Below are positions 42,340 through 58,458 of a stretch of DNA of 64,000 bases, in pieces. Location of the stretch: assembly GCA_964016885.1 (NCBI GenBank), contig OZ024740.1, forward strand, positions 374,046,001 through 374,110,000, written 5' to 3'. The position numbers and the translations under genes were made by a program. The stretch is from Eledone cirrhosa. Its lineage: Eukaryota. The notes beneath the pieces were generated by a model that saw only the letters and a list, made by a program, of their open reading frames with translations, was not told the DNA's origin and ran no database searches. The number at the start of each line of letters is the position of its first letter. The stretch's first letter is position 1.

Positions 42340-43050
42340 GCTGTTGAGCACCAAACATTGCTCTCAAGGAATAAGAGTTGATTACATATGCAAAGATTAA
42401 CCAGGAACAGTCGATGGGCTTGGAGCTGGGCACCTGGAGAGGCATATCCATGCCGTCAAACAGCGCTGGCGTCAAACAGGCTGGCGCTGGACGGACGAAC
42501 TGGTTATTGCTCGGGGTCTCGCTTAGCACGGACCTCCAAATTGTTAAAAACTGGGGGAGGTGTTTGATAAATAGTTAAATGGGCTGAAAGAAAGCTGTCC
42601 CTGAAAGATCGGGTGCGGTTGGTGAACGCTTACATTGCGTTTGTCTCCTTATCGGCGCTGCAGTCCTGGGACAAGCGAACACCGAGAAGGAGGGTTTGGA
42701 GACTGGAATGGCGTCAAGTGCTCACAACGTTTAGCTAATCGGACAATAAGATCGATCGAAACTCGACGTTGGCGTACTATAGAGGGTTAATGAAGTGTAT
42801 GATGGACTATGTCCATAGGGAGACTCTTGGCGTCGATCAAAATCAACTATCTAATCTCTTCTGGAAAACGTTAGGGCCTGAGACGATGGATAATTTCCAT
42901 AAATCCCTGACCTGGCAGTGCTGCCAATGAGCTTTGCCATTTCGGGATGAACTCGTCACGCATGGAAGTGTGCAGCCGGAGGTGTTCTAGGGTGCACGCA
43001 TTCGTCGAATGATCAAGAATTGCTGACCTATAAGGCTATACACCGGGTTG
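42340..43050 (+). mobile_element. Older, decayed fragment of the Tx1-like LINE ORF2
   Basis: AKINQEQSMGLELGTWRGISMPSNS matches AKLNPEKAVGLQFGTWRGKSMPSNS at 36358-36432. ATGGATAATTTCCA.AAATCCCT matches about 37122. Confidence 0.85.
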
Positions 43051-43455
43051 TACTTTTAGAGTAATATAAATATTTTATTTACATACTGAAAATCTACCTC
43101 GCAACAACATTTACACTTTATATAAAAGTTGACTTGTTGAACCCTACAAATATAGATTACTATGCCGAATTTTCATACCTTCTCTGACCCATCATCATCA
43201 TTACCCGTGTTATCAGTATAAGGACCAGAAGAATAAACCTTGATCATAATCATGAAAAAAGATACAGAGGTTAACCCATTGAGTGATACACCTGCTTGAC
43301 AGGAATTGAAAAGCAATTGTCTTTATTTCTGCCGACATGGTCGTAGGGTGATTAAATGATTAAATAATAAATATATGCATAAGCACAGATGCACATTGTT
43401 AGACAAACAGAAAACGCATTTAATCACATGCTTACACACACACACACACACACAC

Positions 43456-43495
<40 letters not shown>

Positions 43496-45398
43496 TTTTT
43501 TATAGGTGTGTTTTTAGGAAAGTCCTTGCAGGCGTATTTCAGGTTACAGAATGCAAGTTAGAAGGAAATACATAGGCATACATACATGCATATATTTAGG
43601 CATGACATGATAATGCCCGCGTGCACATATAAATACACACAATTATATGCAGAAACACGCAAATTCTCAGTACACACATGCACACATATTCCCACATACC
43701 TGCACACATATTTATATATATAACCTTCACAGCAACACATATATGCCCTACCCACAGCCCCATATGACTACATTAACCGACTCCCTAATTTGCCCTCACA
43801 CATATATTCACTAACACACATTACCACAACAAAACACAAAACCAGCAAAGCGAATTAATTAGTTATACAAACACGACCATAGACGCATAAATACAATTTA
43901 TTATAATAACTGTTTCTATTTTTGGCACAAGGCCAGCAATTATCCCAGAGCATTTGTGGTACTATATTTTATCGACCCCGTAAGGATGAAAGGCAAGGTT
44001 AACCTCGGCAGAATTTGAACTCCGACCGTAAAGGGATGTAACTCTATGATGCAAAGCATGGCGTCCGACTCTCTACTGATACTGCCAATCCACCGTAATA
44101 ACTAATGATTATTTATTTAAATATAATGACGCTACCGCGTATAGTACAGTAAGTAACTAAACTAGCATGATTAAATAAATAAATCAACACTAACCTACCC
44201 AAATATTTATATAAATATATAATATAAACCAACACAATACATCAACGAAATTAACATACACACAGAGATACATACACCCACCCACCACCACCACCCACCA
44301 CCCACCACAAACACCACCACCAGTAACACCAACATACCCACAGCTGGGCTTTGCAGTGACCTTTGAACCTACCCTAAACTCCTCATCCAATTTCACTACA
44401 CGTTCACCCCGCCACTTTCTGTGATATGTACCCCATCCTAACTGTGTTGTCCACATGCTACACAGTCACTCCACCACCCTCTTATCTCTGGTAACTTCGC
44501 ACCGACAATTGCCCACTACACACCATTCCTCGATACCTCGATCACACCCTGGATACTCTTTCTTCGTTTGGTACACATACATGACCCCCGCCACACACAC
44601 ACACACATCGATGCAGATAGCCATACATGTTTTGCATATACATACACAAACAGACTCCTTTACACAATGTAATTACGGCATAAACGTATCCAAACACACA
44701 CACACACACACACACACACAAATGTGTACAGACATGCAATTATATACACATACATTAACCGACACAAGCACACATACTCATGCATAAACATACACACATG
44801 CTCGAAAAATACATAAAAACTTCGCAGACACACACGGAAATACAGACACACGCACACTTCCATCAGCGGTACGAAAACTACGCTTCCGCATGCAGAAGGA
44901 AACATATACACATCCAGGAAATGTCCTCCAGTAACATTAACACTAACAGTGATACACCTGGACCTTCCAGCTCATCCCGTGCACCCACATCCTTAACTAC
45001 ACGCCTTCCCATGTCGCCCATCTTTTTATTTCTCTCTCCACTTTTCCATCCTTCTTCCGTTCTACCAAACTTCTTTCCCGATGAGGATCATATGCCCCAA
45101 GCGTAAATCAAATGAGACTGTGATTCAGCATCTCTTCTCTTCGCTGGTTGTCAGCCTATATTCATAGCAGGGCTTTCAAAATGTCTATTTATTTAACATA
45201 CCGTATATCTTTAGAGATACGAAATTCACATACATGTATGTATACACTTATGCAGGAAGCTAAATGTTATTTCTACTTTTAGGTTGAGCCAACTTATACT
45301 ATACTGCTTCATATGCAGATAAGGCTAATCAGCCCACCGGCATAGGCGAATAAACTAAATATTTTCGCCTGTTTTCAAGTTCCAATCATATATATATG

Positions 45399-45481
<83 letters not shown>

Positions 45482-45622
45482 GTTATTCCGGGTTGAATCG
45501 GAGGTAACCACAGTAAGTAAGGTACTCAATACATTGCAGAGTATAAAAGTTTTAATATAGATGAGATTCTACAGGACTAGAACTGTTTCATTCTTTAGAA
45601 ATCATATACATATATATATATG

Positions 45623-45654
<32 letters not shown>

Positions 45655-48003
45655 CATATATATATTTTGTCATCCCTACCGAGGCACAGGCCTGGTCAAT
45701 GTGCGTTTCTAGAAGACCAGCAGTCCCCCGTGCATGTAGTCACACCTCTCGCACCAACGTTGATGTCCAAGGGAAAGGCCACGGCCGGTACAACTGGTAG
45801 AAGTGACGCCGAAACTCATTTCTCAACCTGAGTGAACTGGCTCAACATGAAAGTGTTTTGCAATATGAAGAGTTTGGCTCTAAAACACAACGCCCCGCCC
45901 GAATTCGAACTCGCAACTTTACGTAGTAGCAGTAGTAGTAGTAGTATTATTATTATTATTAGTAGTAGTAGTAGTAGTAGTAGTAGTGGAGGCGTGTTGT
46001 TATGCTTCCTTAAATGTATTGCCGTGACAGTATTTTTCATTCATTTGACCAATATTTTTGTTCACTATATATCCTTGATCATTAGAATGTATTGTCATTA
46101 TCATCATTATTAGGCTGTATAAATTAGATAACATGTAGTGCACCATATAGAAAGTTAAACAGAAATCTTGCAGTTGATCATAACATATAATAATACTAAC
46201 TTCAGTAAAATGGTCATGTTTACTGACTATGCTCATACAGAAAATATGCTGCATCGTGAAAATATTAGAAATCAACAAAACAAAAAAAAATATATATAAA
46301 TCATAATAATATAGCTTCATATTTAGGCACAAGTCTAGCAATTTCTAAGAAGTAGAAAGTAGATGTGTTCTGTTTTCGAATTAATAACCAGCTAGTTGAA
46401 CTTGGTGTAACTTTTTAAAAGTGTTTTGCCTAGTCGTATCTATCTGCATCACATAGTGTAAATGTTATTTTCATTGACGGCTGTGTACAACCAAGAGAAA
46501 AAAACAAAAAAAAACAATACACGGCTACCAGTAGATAAATGATTCGGTAAACAAAGGTAACGTTTCATTTAAGACCATTTGCAACACTCATACATAAAAT
46601 ATGTATGAGTGTCAGCGGTAACATTAACAATTATATCCACGCAAGCACAAGCAAACATATAAACATGAATAATGTGAAGATGAATGATTGTTTGTCTGAG
46701 CCGCCGGCAGTGCAAACACAATAAACAGATAAATAAAAAATAATATGATTAAAAACACAAACAAAATATTGTTTTGTAAAGATATAAGCATATTGAAGAA
46801 CGGTATATCAGCGGTGCCCCAAGCTGCCCCCGCCCCTGGATGTGGGAAGCAAGCTCCATATCCCATGACTACTGTTTAGAATTGAAACGTCGATGTGGAG
46901 GGCAACGTTACTAGCCAATAGAGCGATGTCATCACTTTATTTGGCCCAACTAAACACATAGGGCATCGTCCATGAGAATGTTGAATCACTATTTCACTTT
47001 TGTGTTACAAAGTAGGAAATTGGTCAGAACAGAGAAAACAAGATGATATATCTGGCCAGGGTGCCTGCCTGGACGTACATGTTTTAATAACAACCGATGC
47101 TCACAGTGATATGCAGTGCATGTAAAAAATAAAAATAAATAGAAAAAAAAACCACAGGTGTCCTGATACCAAAGGCATGGAATAAATGGTAGTAGGCAAA
47201 AAGCGTAGTTGCTAATGAAGTGGAGCCTCGCGCCAACCTACCCACTCCCTCCAACCTAGTGCCACCCACTCTTATTCTAATGTCGAAGTGTAGTAGGAGG
47301 AGGAACAAGAGTCCAAATTTCCGGTGGAAGTGTTAACAATTTAATGGTATAAATAGATATAAAAGGAAAAAAAAGGGTCAACTTCTTCACAACTATCATT
47401 GTTGTTTAGGAAATACAAGACTGATGGGGCAATCTACATTATATACACGAATAGTGTGAAACAGAACATATGCCGATATGTGAAAGGCATTAAAAATCGC
47501 TATATTGAGAATTCCAGAGAGGTTACTCGTGAAATGAAGCTTTTATTTATACGAAAGTGTGTATCTAAATCACATTCATTATGTAGCCGCTATTTACGCC
47601 ATCACCTACAGCCGAACTACCCATAGGCACATTCTGAAAGAAATATTGGTGGTACCTAGATAGAGTTGAAAGCGGAGTGAAGGTAATCACTGATCCAGCC
47701 TAAGTGGAATTATATCTTGATTATACCATGGGATAATCATTCCGTGTCCTTTGTTAAAAAGTCTTCAATTCGTATGTAAATATTCATTGTTATAACGTTA
47801 TAGTATAATAAATTGTAACTCAATATATATGTGTGTGTGTACTGAGTGTGATAGAGACGGACTGGGAGGGAGGGAACTGAACGAGATGTATAGATAGATA
47901 TTTGTAGTAGTAGTAGTAGTAGTAGTATATGGGAGAAAATCCTACATATAAAGCCTGCTGAATTAATATACGGCATAATGCTTTCCACATGCATACTTAG
48001 CAT

Positions 48004-48004
<1 letters not shown>

Positions 48005-48058
<54 letters not shown>

Positions 48059-48065
48059 GCTGCTG

Positions 48066-48126
<61 letters not shown>
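48005..48126. repeat. (TAC)n/(TGC)n trinucleotide repeat
   Basis: Seen directly. Similar tracts: 37911-38002, 51909-51996 (GAA), 53935-54045 (CAT), 54586-54752 (TAG/CAG/CAA/GAA), 58418-58458. Confidence 0.95.
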
Positions 48127-48891
48127 GGATGTGTTGATGGCGTCATTTGTTATGTCATTGTTGTTCATAGTATTTTCCTTACTGCTGCTGCGGTGTCTGT
48201 TTGATTGTGCAGTGTGTATACGTGTGTGTTGTTTTTACTTCGGAAGGTTATACTTCTTTATACGCTGTTATTGTTCTTGCTTGTAATGGTGCCTCCTGAC
48301 GCCTGATCTTGATATTGTTATTGTTACCTCGCCCCAGATCAAGCATTATCGAAATTCATTCCTATGCGTTTTCCCATTATTCATTTTAGATGGATTTGAA
48401 AGAGATTTTGGCTGCAGCTTCTAGCATATAGAGCAACCACATGGAGGCTACAGTGGTTATAGGGTGTGGTTGGGGATGGTACGTGTTGTAGGCTCCATTA
48501 TTTGATAGAGATTCAGGTTTATGCTTTGTGGTGTCTATCGAAAAGATGTTTTTGATGAAGATGTTTTGTTAACTTGTTCTTTCATTCGTTCGTTCGTTTG
48601 TTCGTTCATTCTGTTGTACGTTCGTTCTTACATTTTCACTTGTTCATTTCGTTTTCACTTATTTGCCTCTTCGATAGTTCGTGACGCAACGAGCTTCTTG
48701 TGAGTTTTATTCGCCAGCATGCAACGTGAATAAAGCAGTTGTATTTAAACTTTTATTAGCCGAGGAGCTACAGTGAAACAAGTGTCTAGAGTTTCATGCC
48801 ACATGCACATAAGTTTGAGGAGTAGAGTGCATCGGCCTGAACAGCTCGGCACTTGAGTCAAAGAAGATGCTGTCTATATGTTTATCTATCA

Positions 48892-48925
<34 letters not shown>

Positions 48926-49332
48926 TTTTCCCTCTCTCCCTATATATATATATAAATAACGAAGGAGTTGTGGTAAGGAACCAGATGGACCATAACGCAC
49001 CAGAGTACTCAATATTTAGGGTAGAAGAGTGGGTAATAGGAAAATGTATGACCCCGCGGGCACAGCTCAAGCCGTTTCGACGGCTATTTCTGGACTAAAT
49101 TAGAATTGTAAAAATTCTAATTTAGTCCATAAATAGCCGTCGAAACGGCTTCAGCTCTGCCGTCGGGGTCATACATTTTCATATATATATATAAAGGCGC
49201 GATCGACTTTCGTCAAATCCGACCGGGGAAACAGTGTTTACATCGGCTTTCACAACTGCTAATACTATCTATCGGTCGTAACACCTGGTAGAAGGAGCAA
49301 CGTGAAATAAAGTGTCTTGCTCAAAGAAATAA

Positions 49333-49502
<170 letters not shown>

Positions 49503-49545
49503 TGCCTATGTGAAAGCATGTATTAATGTATACAGACACACGCAA

Positions 49546-49577
<32 letters not shown>

Positions 49578-49774
49578 ACACATAAGCGCTTTCGACATGA
49601 AAACGCCCATGTTGTTCACACTACCCGAAACCCATTGGCGCTCCGTTCAGGATTCTATATGTTTCTATACCCACTCAACATCTCCTCAGGTATCGAGTAC
49701 TCACATGATTAGTGGTCTCCTCGTTCTCAGCACCACGGACTCTCTCTCTCTCTCTCTCTCTCGCTCTCTCCCTC

Positions 49775-49884
<110 letters not shown>

Positions 49885-50416
49885 TATATAATTTAATAAT
49901 TTATAAATTTCCGGTTATATATATATATATATATATATAACCGGAAATTTATAAATTATTAAATTTATAAATTATTAAATTTATAATTTTAATTTATAAT
50001 AAATTGGAGTGAAGGTAACTGGTGCGTGTGATTCTGATGGTAACATGGCCCTCCCAAAGCATAACAATATCGGTTTCAACACACATTTTCAGATAAAGAA
50101 TCTTGCTAAACAAATTCTAAAACGAAATATATATATATATATATAGGAACGAGTAGGACCCCGACGGCTTAGCTCAAGCCGTTTCGACGGCTAATTCTGG
50201 ACCAGAATTAGCCGTCGAAACGGCTTGAGCGCAGCCGTCGGGGTCCTACTCGTTCCTATTACCCACTCTACTACCCTAAATATTAAGTACTTTGGTGCGT
50301 TATGGTCCACCTGGTTCCTCTCCACATTTCCTCCGTTATATATATATAAATATATACATATGCATGTGGTGTGTGTATGTGCGCATGTGTGTAGGTGTCT
50401 TAGGGTGTTCGTATAA

Positions 50417-50457
<41 letters not shown>

Positions 50458-51288
50458 CGCGCGTGCGTTTGTGTGTGTGTGTGTATGTATGGAAATATAT
50501 GTCTCTTTTCGTCGGATGAACAGGGGTTTTTTACCTAAAAGTTTCCCCTCCGAGACAGTAAGACGAGCAGTCATATATACATTAAAGTCTTCTCTCTGCA
50601 CGTCACAGTTGTAGTCAAATAGAAAGTTAGAGGCCGATAGGCTTGGCATGAGTAACGGTGCCACTCATTGCAAGAGGGGTGAACTGGAGCAAGGTGAAAT
50701 AAAGTGTCTTGCTGAAGGCCAAAATGCACCACCCGTTCCGGGCATCCAACGTGCAACCCCTTGATTGGGAATTAAACACTGCAAGCAATAGGCCAACAAC
50801 GTCAGACACGTATACATACGCACACGTAAAGACATGCACACACGTACAGACACATATATATATATATATATATGAAAAACAAGGGGAAGAAGAATACTGC
50901 ATGGTTGCACATGGATTACATATTATAAAATTAGTCCCTCATCAGTGATTTTGCCAACCATCATTGGTATTTCATCGCATTAAAAATCAGATACCTCAGG
51001 TTGGTGCGAGCAATAACTAAAATAAGCTATTGGGATAAGTGAAACGCGTAAAGCGAGTGAGACAAGTAAACAACAGAAGGAAAAGCAAACCGAAGGTTGG
51101 AAAACAGCAAGCCACATGGTAGTTATCCGATCAGCATAAGCTGGGTGAATTTCATGAGCGGTCAGAGAAGCAGACCGTACGCTGTGAATGCGGAGTGAGA
51201 AAGAAGGAACCCCACTACTAGCGAACGGGAGGAAGTGAGAAGGGGAGTAACAGAGAGTGAGTGAGTGGAAGTGCGAGGAAGAGGTCAG

Positions 51289-51384
<96 letters not shown>

Positions 51385-51476
51385 GTGTATGTGTGTAAAT
51401 GCATATCCACGCAGACATAAACTCACACATGCACATCTTGCAAACACATACACACACATACACGTACACACACAAA

Positions 51477-51563
<87 letters not shown>

Positions 51564-51599
51564 CTGACCTCGTCCTCGCACTTCCACTCACTCACTCTC

Positions 51600-51652
<53 letters not shown>

Positions 51653-51999
51653 GTGTGAATGAATGAAAGGATGAATGAACTAAAGAACGAGTAAACGCGG
51701 AAAAATCGAATGAATACATAATTAAATAAAGATCGATCTGATCATCAATCAGAGAATGAAACTAATTGCTAAGTAGATGAGTAGAATAGTATGCAGTGAT
51801 GTCAGTCAGGATGCATTGCCACCGATAATTAGTAGATTTCTTCCTTCACAAAAATGTAAACTAGACCATCACAGCCATAACTACTAGCTTCACAGCCGAA
51901 GGGATGTTGAAGAAGAAGAAGAAGAAGAAGAAGAAGAAGAAGAAGAAGAAGAAGAAGAAGAAGAAGAAGAAGAAGAAGAAGAAGAAGAAGAAGAAGACA

Positions 52000-53260
52000 T
52001 GGCTGTGGATCGGACACTGGCAATATTCTAGTTTCGGTCTATGCTTGACACACGACTGCAGCACGGTCAAAGAACACCGTTGCAAATAACTTGTCCAGAA
52101 ACTTTAACTGTGTTAAGAAGAGTTACAGGCCGCAAATCGTCTATAACGTCCAACAGGTCCTCGCCTTTACTTATTTGCCAGTTGCAGTAGTAGCCAGAAG
52201 GCTCCAGTCTAGCATGTCTTAGTAAAACTTATAGGGCAGACCAGCCAAATCAGGAGATTTGCGCCTCGTACTACCAACCAGGGCTTCCCGAACCGCGGCT
52301 ATTGTTATCGGCTTTTTTCAGCACTTTGCCCCCTATTACGTCGATTGCCACTGTAAACTGATTCTTATACAACTTGCTAATCCCGTCACTCCAAGCTGTA
52401 TGCAACATGAACGACCTTTTTACCTCCAGCAACCATGCCTCCCTCTACGTGATACATCTAGGTAGACCTTTCAGATCACGAATTTGTGATCTGAATAGGC
52501 AACTGTATGAAATGGTAGACATCCCTATCTGCTAACGTAAAAAAGAACCTATCTAAATCCGTTATAGATGACCCTATGGGATTGGTCCAGTTTGACACTG
52601 TGGCATCGGGAGATCTAGGCGGTACCTGCCAGACAGTTGGAACTGCCTGCTCATGTTCTTGAGGCTTTTGAACCCCCTCTTCCATCAGCAAATCCTAAAC
52701 CTTCTCAGCTTGTGTCTTCTATTCTGTTCAAGTCCCCTGCTAAGAGTAAATGGTGTAACATTTCTAAAATTTCTTCCCTATGATATGCGGTCGTACAGAC
52801 CCTATTGGAGCATAGACCATCTAAAGTTCCATCTTATAATCCGATTCCAGTAATCATTTAGTCATTTCTAAACAGCAATGCCAGCTCACCTCCCATTGCA
52901 AACCGAATAAGTGGTATGAGGATCTCAAAGTCGTCTAAAAGGGAACCTATTCGTGGTTTTTAAATTAGTGTTTAACAGATCGCGGAGAAAAGCTTTCCCT
53001 ATTGTCTTCGTATGTTTCAAGAGACATTCGCAATCTCATTAGATTTTGTGGCACATTAAATGTGCTGGTACCGAAAATCTCCGCGTCTCTCGCAATGTTT
53101 TACTTTTTTGTGTCTGTATGCTTTCTTTTTGTTGTGGTTATTTTTGGTTGTGGTATAGTTGTTGTCGGTGCTCAGATGGGTCTGTGTTTGGTGTGGATGT
53201 GAGCTTTGTATTTTCTGGGGAACAGTTTGTGTGTCTTTCTAATTCGACCCCAGGTCGTTG
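52000..53260 (-). mobile_element. Internally deleted, decayed copy of the Tx1-like LINE
   Basis: 52470-52700(-) aligns with 34680-34910 (endonuclease). LRPVTLLNT lies near 52110-52135(-). An ORF1-like A/C-rich tract lies at 53050-53260(-). Confidence 0.8.
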
Positions 53261-53950
53261 AATGTACTTTATTTCATCGCCCTATAAAGGATGAATGGCA
53301 AATATAACTTCGACGCGATTTGAACTCAGCAAGTAAAGGAGCATTACTATGCACCGAAAAACATTTTCTGTAACAGATTGCTGATAGTGCGATAATAATA
53401 ATAATTGTTTCCACGTTAGGCACAAGGCCAGCAATTACCCAGTGCATTATTGGTACTTTATTTTATCGACTCCGTAAGGATGAAAGGCAAAGTTACCATT
53501 GGCGGAATTTGAAATCAGAATGGCAAGGGCCGTAACTCTATACGGCAAAGCATGGCGTCCGACCCTCTACCAATACTGCCAATCCACCGCCCTAATAATG
53601 CGATAATAGTGCGATAATATTAATAATGATTTCTGATTTATGCACTATGTCATCAAATTTGGATTATAGGAAAGGCGATTATATCGACTCTGATCTGTTA
53701 CTGGGGCTTTATTTTATCGAGCCCTTAAGAATGGAAGGCAAAGGTAACCTGCCCGACGCTCCACCAATATTGCCATAATTATAATAACGATATATACATC
53801 GGTTCTAAGGTGTCATCATTACACCCCCCACTGCTAACACACCAATATCCCATTCAACCTCATCTTTCCAGTATTTCTCCTTCTCCTCCTGATTTACCTC
53901 CTTATCCTTATGATGAAGATGATGATAACGGTGATCATCATCATCATCAT

Positions 53951-53988
<38 letters not shown>

Positions 53989-54585
53989 CCAACATCATCA
54001 TCATCATCATTATCATCATCATCATCCTCATTCACATCATCATCACTTAAATGCAAAACTCCATTACTGTTAAACTGCTGACAACATTTGACCGCAGTAA
54101 CACTCATTACAGTCACAATACACATTATCATCAGAGCCATCACCCCAATGACTAAATCATCATAATCAAAACCTACAACTCACCGACAATAATAGCACAA
54201 CTAACAACAACACAAACAACACGACTATATAAAGGATTACTAAAGCCACCCTATTTATCAAAATCAACATACAACTTTCATCATAAATTTGTTCATAATA
54301 ATCAACGTAGCCAACCTCCTCTCTATTACCATTATCACCACTATCACCACCATAAATATTACGATAGGCCTCCTTATAGTACCCACAAACAACCAGCAAA
54401 CATCGAATGCATTTTATTTTCTTATTTTATTTTTTATTTTTCTAATCAGAAGCATCTAACTCCTTCTCATCTTCACCAACACTACCGTACCGTTAGATAT
54501 AAGATTTACTATACAGCCTTGAGGTTTTGATGAAGTATTTGAACTTCTATCTTTAATACGTAATAAATAAATCTATATTTATTAC

Positions 54586-54672
<87 letters not shown>

Positions 54673-54715
54673 GTAGTAGAAGAAGAAGAAGAAGAAGAAG
54701 AAGAAGAAGAAGAAG

Positions 54716-54747
<32 letters not shown>

Positions 54748-54860
54748 GTAGTGTGGATCATGTTACTGGATTCAAAACTCACCGATATCATGCCCCCCCC
54801 CCCGTAAGAGATCAATATGAATTCTATTTAATCGATTACACCCCACTCATATATATATAT

Positions 54861-56262
54861 ACTAAGGGCCCGTCCAGCTGGCGCTCGGTGGGGTATACTG
54901 GCATTTTATTTTTCAGGAATCCCACCTACACTCCAGTGCAAAGATACCGCACACCCTCTCAAGTCTACGAGATTGGGGTGGGGGGTTTGGCGGGGATTAA
55001 CGTGATCTGATAATGGTTTGAATAGTTTTTAGGATTCCCCAGTTTAGCAGCCAGTGCGTCAAAGAAAATTGATAGTTACAGCAATAAACGCTGAACAGGG
55101 AACACATATTTAACAAATAATAATTTGTACAACCATAATGCAAATTCAAAGTAACAGAAAATATTTAAATTACATTGTTAGAGTATACAATATGTAAATT
55201 ACATTGTTAGAGTATACAATATTTTTTGTTCGGCCCTCCGGAGCAAAGATGAAGAGATTATTTGGCGAGTTCACCCTAGAGTATCCTGCATACAATTGAC
55301 CATGGGAGAATCTCTGATCTCGTAGCTCGACTCGCGGAGAAGCCTTGTAGACGTTGACCACTGGATACTCTTGTCAGGAGCAGGTAAGCTCTAGTGACTT
55401 AGAGGCCTACTACCAATCTCCAGGACACTGTTTTCAAGACAAATGAGCGCCATATTGAAAACGACGTTTGGAATGTGTCTGCGTGTGCGGTGGAGGATTT
55501 CCTCAGCTAGACTTTCACGGTGGTTGATCGACAGTGTGAGAGGGTCGGCGAGATCACAGTTGTGCAGCATAATAGCAAAAGGTTTTCGCAGCTGAGAAGT
55601 GAATTTCGCAGTTGCTGCTTCTTACAGGTTGAGGTGACAATGGCTGTCATCGTGTAACATACCATGCATCTGGCAAGCCAAACGGTAAGTGGAACATTGA
55701 TGGCAATTGATGGTTCTCAGATCATGGAAAGTCTGGGGTCATCCACCTCGAACAGTAACAATGACGATAAGCCGTCTGTGCTTTCGTGAAATAAATAGGT
55801 TTTTGTTTTTGTATATGCAAAAATATCTGTGCACGAATATATATATTAAAATAACAGATTAAGTTTAAGTTTAAGCAAAGAATCGCCGCTTTCACCCTTA
55901 ACGGGATCTTCTGAAACTAAAAAAATCCGTCTATGAACGCAAAAGTAAATATTTCGAAAAACGTTATCTAATGCAGACATCAGCCATACAGAGCTATGTA
56001 TTTATCTAAAAAGAAAAAAAAGAGGGGAATGTTGTGTGACGTCATAAGAAAAAGTGAGTCACGACTTATAACCGGAAGTGTTGACATTTGAAATTTTAAA
56101 GAAGTGAATATTTAAATAATATCTTTAATCTTTTAACAAAATTCAGTACACAAAAATTTTAAATGGAAAAAGTGACATCGATGGTGCAAATTGGGTGCTG
56201 TTTGGTCCAACCGTTTGGCAGAAAGTTGTTACCGACATACGGCCGTCAGCTCAGCTTTATAG

Positions 56263-56266
<4 letters not shown>
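54861..56266 (-). mobile_element. Internally deleted Helitron with RepHel fragments
   Basis: PQTFHDLRTIN...TYRLACQMHGMLHDD...QLRKPFAIML..C...P (55470-55740) and the helicase end FSHGQLYAGYSRV...APEGRTKNIVY (55215-55312). The 5' end reads TATACTATAAAGCTG. The 3' end has a GC hairpin then TTAG|T in (TA)n. Confidence 0.88.
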
Positions 56267-56316
<50 letters not shown>

Positions 56317-58417
56317 AAGGCGGGTAAAATTCCCGAGATCCATGGACGAGTTCTCTCCAGCGGTCTCTGTCCCTCATTATCGCTGCCATATCCTGCATCT
56401 GCAACAGACCATATATATGTACATATATATGACCGACTGGTTGTCGTTATATATGTATGTATTGGTGGATTGGCAGTATCGGTAGAGGGTCGGACGCCAT
56501 GATTTCCAGCATAGTTACGTCCCTTTACGATCTGAGTTCAAATCCCGCCGAGGTTGACTTTGCCTTTCATCCCTACGGGGTCGATAAAATAAAGTACCAG
56601 TGATGCACTGGATAATTGCTTGCCTTGTGCCTAAAGTAGAAACAATTATGTATATATTTATGTTTGTATGTATGTATGGATGGATGGAAGTATAAATACC
56701 ACTGATCGACAATAAAATACAATACATTTAAAATAGAATCAATCCAATCTATTATTGCTTTCCCACACATCTGTGGCTTTGGGGCCTCGACTGAAATAGG
56801 TATTGACTATTGTTCAGGGTTTACCAAAAACACCTTTGAGCATTAACATCGTGACAATCTATATTATTTTTGACATAGAGAATGAACACAGTGTTGCAAT
56901 TCCTAAGGCCTTTAGGTGTAATTATATGGTAATTCAGACATAATTTCTACTGTGTAGTGCGATCATGCTGGATATTTATTGGTACAATTTATTATCGTCT
57001 TTTATTTATTAAAATGAACTAAATGCTTGTGGATTGTCAAAATCCTTACACAGTCGGGGAAAATAGGTTGCGGTACTCCATACGGCTTTTTAAGTTTGTG
57101 TTCAAATCGTACCATAGTCAAAGGTAAAAGCGATCATCGACTTTCTCCTGTAATTGGGGCTTTGTGCCCAACTTTTAAATCGTTATTAGGAACACAAAAT
57201 TGATTGTGTCACTGCACCGCGATGTTTTATTTTGTATATTCTTAATACATTAGTTTTATACAGTAGTTGACTTTGAATTGAATCATTCCCAGTTCTACAT
57301 AATATGCTATACCCTCACGTACAATTTATAATCTATTTATATATTTTGTAGGGTAGACGTAGTTTCCACAATCCCTGCTAGTTTGTATGTTTAAGGCTCA
57401 TAGATATTTACTTATAGCTACATAGATATTAGTTGTAGCCCGCGTTTTCCTTAGGGTATAGAGAATTAGTTTTATTAATTGTATAGTGAGAAAGCTAGAG
57501 ATAATGAGAGGTGGGGTAGTATTTCTACCCATCTATGGCGGCACATAGTGTATAGACATTTCGTAGAATATTAGCACATCTTAGAATCACTGATTTCTGA
57601 ATTAGTCATACAACATGTTTACAGGCCAGTTCTTTGATGTTCTGCTATGTATTATGTTTTATTGCTCCAAAAGGATTGGGAGATTAAAGGGGCAGTCTTG
57701 TGGTTATTCAAGTTCCCATATTTCTATCTCTTGCTTGATTTCATATCCAGAGAATCTTTCAATTTTGTTTTGTTAGTTGAGAAAGCCAAGCTAATAAGAG
57801 ATCAATATATTTATATAACCTTTCATGAACACGTTGCGAATGTATAAATCTTCATATCCCCGTCAAAATATCACGATGTTTAATATCCACAGGATTCTCG
57901 TTCTAGGGGGAATTCTTTTCCTTTTCCTGTGCCTCTGCTAAAGTACTTTCAGTTCTTTACATCAGAAATAAGTAACTGCATCATGTATCTCCTATTCATG
58001 GTATATATTAAATATCCCAATGTGGGTTTCTAACCACAATATAACTCATGATTTAATTCAAGTGACAACGCATATCAGATTAATAGTTCATATATTGCAT
58101 CCGTGTATATATTTCAGATAATAATTATTGTTGGTTGAATATCGCAACAATTCTCAGGCTTAAAGTTTTGTCTATCATAAAAGATTATTAGAGCTAAATC
58201 TATTTCTATGTATTAGTTTCAATCGTGTTCTTCGTGTGTTTCGTGAATTAAATGTGCATAACTTTTAATTCTTGTTCGTGCTCATTTTCTAGAATGTTGT
58301 GTATATTACGCCATTCTTACAACTTCTTAGTTTTCCTTTCTATCTGTACAGTGTGTTGTTATGTAATGTTTCAATTTTTCGACGATAACGGTCAAATATA
58401 TGCTTGAATATATTATG

Positions 58418-58458
<41 letters not shown>

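Noticed and set aside
51829-54815. Poly-Lys/Leu/Phe, poly-His/Asp and poly-Ser/Thr ORFs
   Set aside because: They come from trinucleotide repeats, with no domain context or exon evidence.
57428-57460. Possible Helitron 3' end on the minus strand
   Set aside because: The hairpin is imperfect and no matching 5' end was found.
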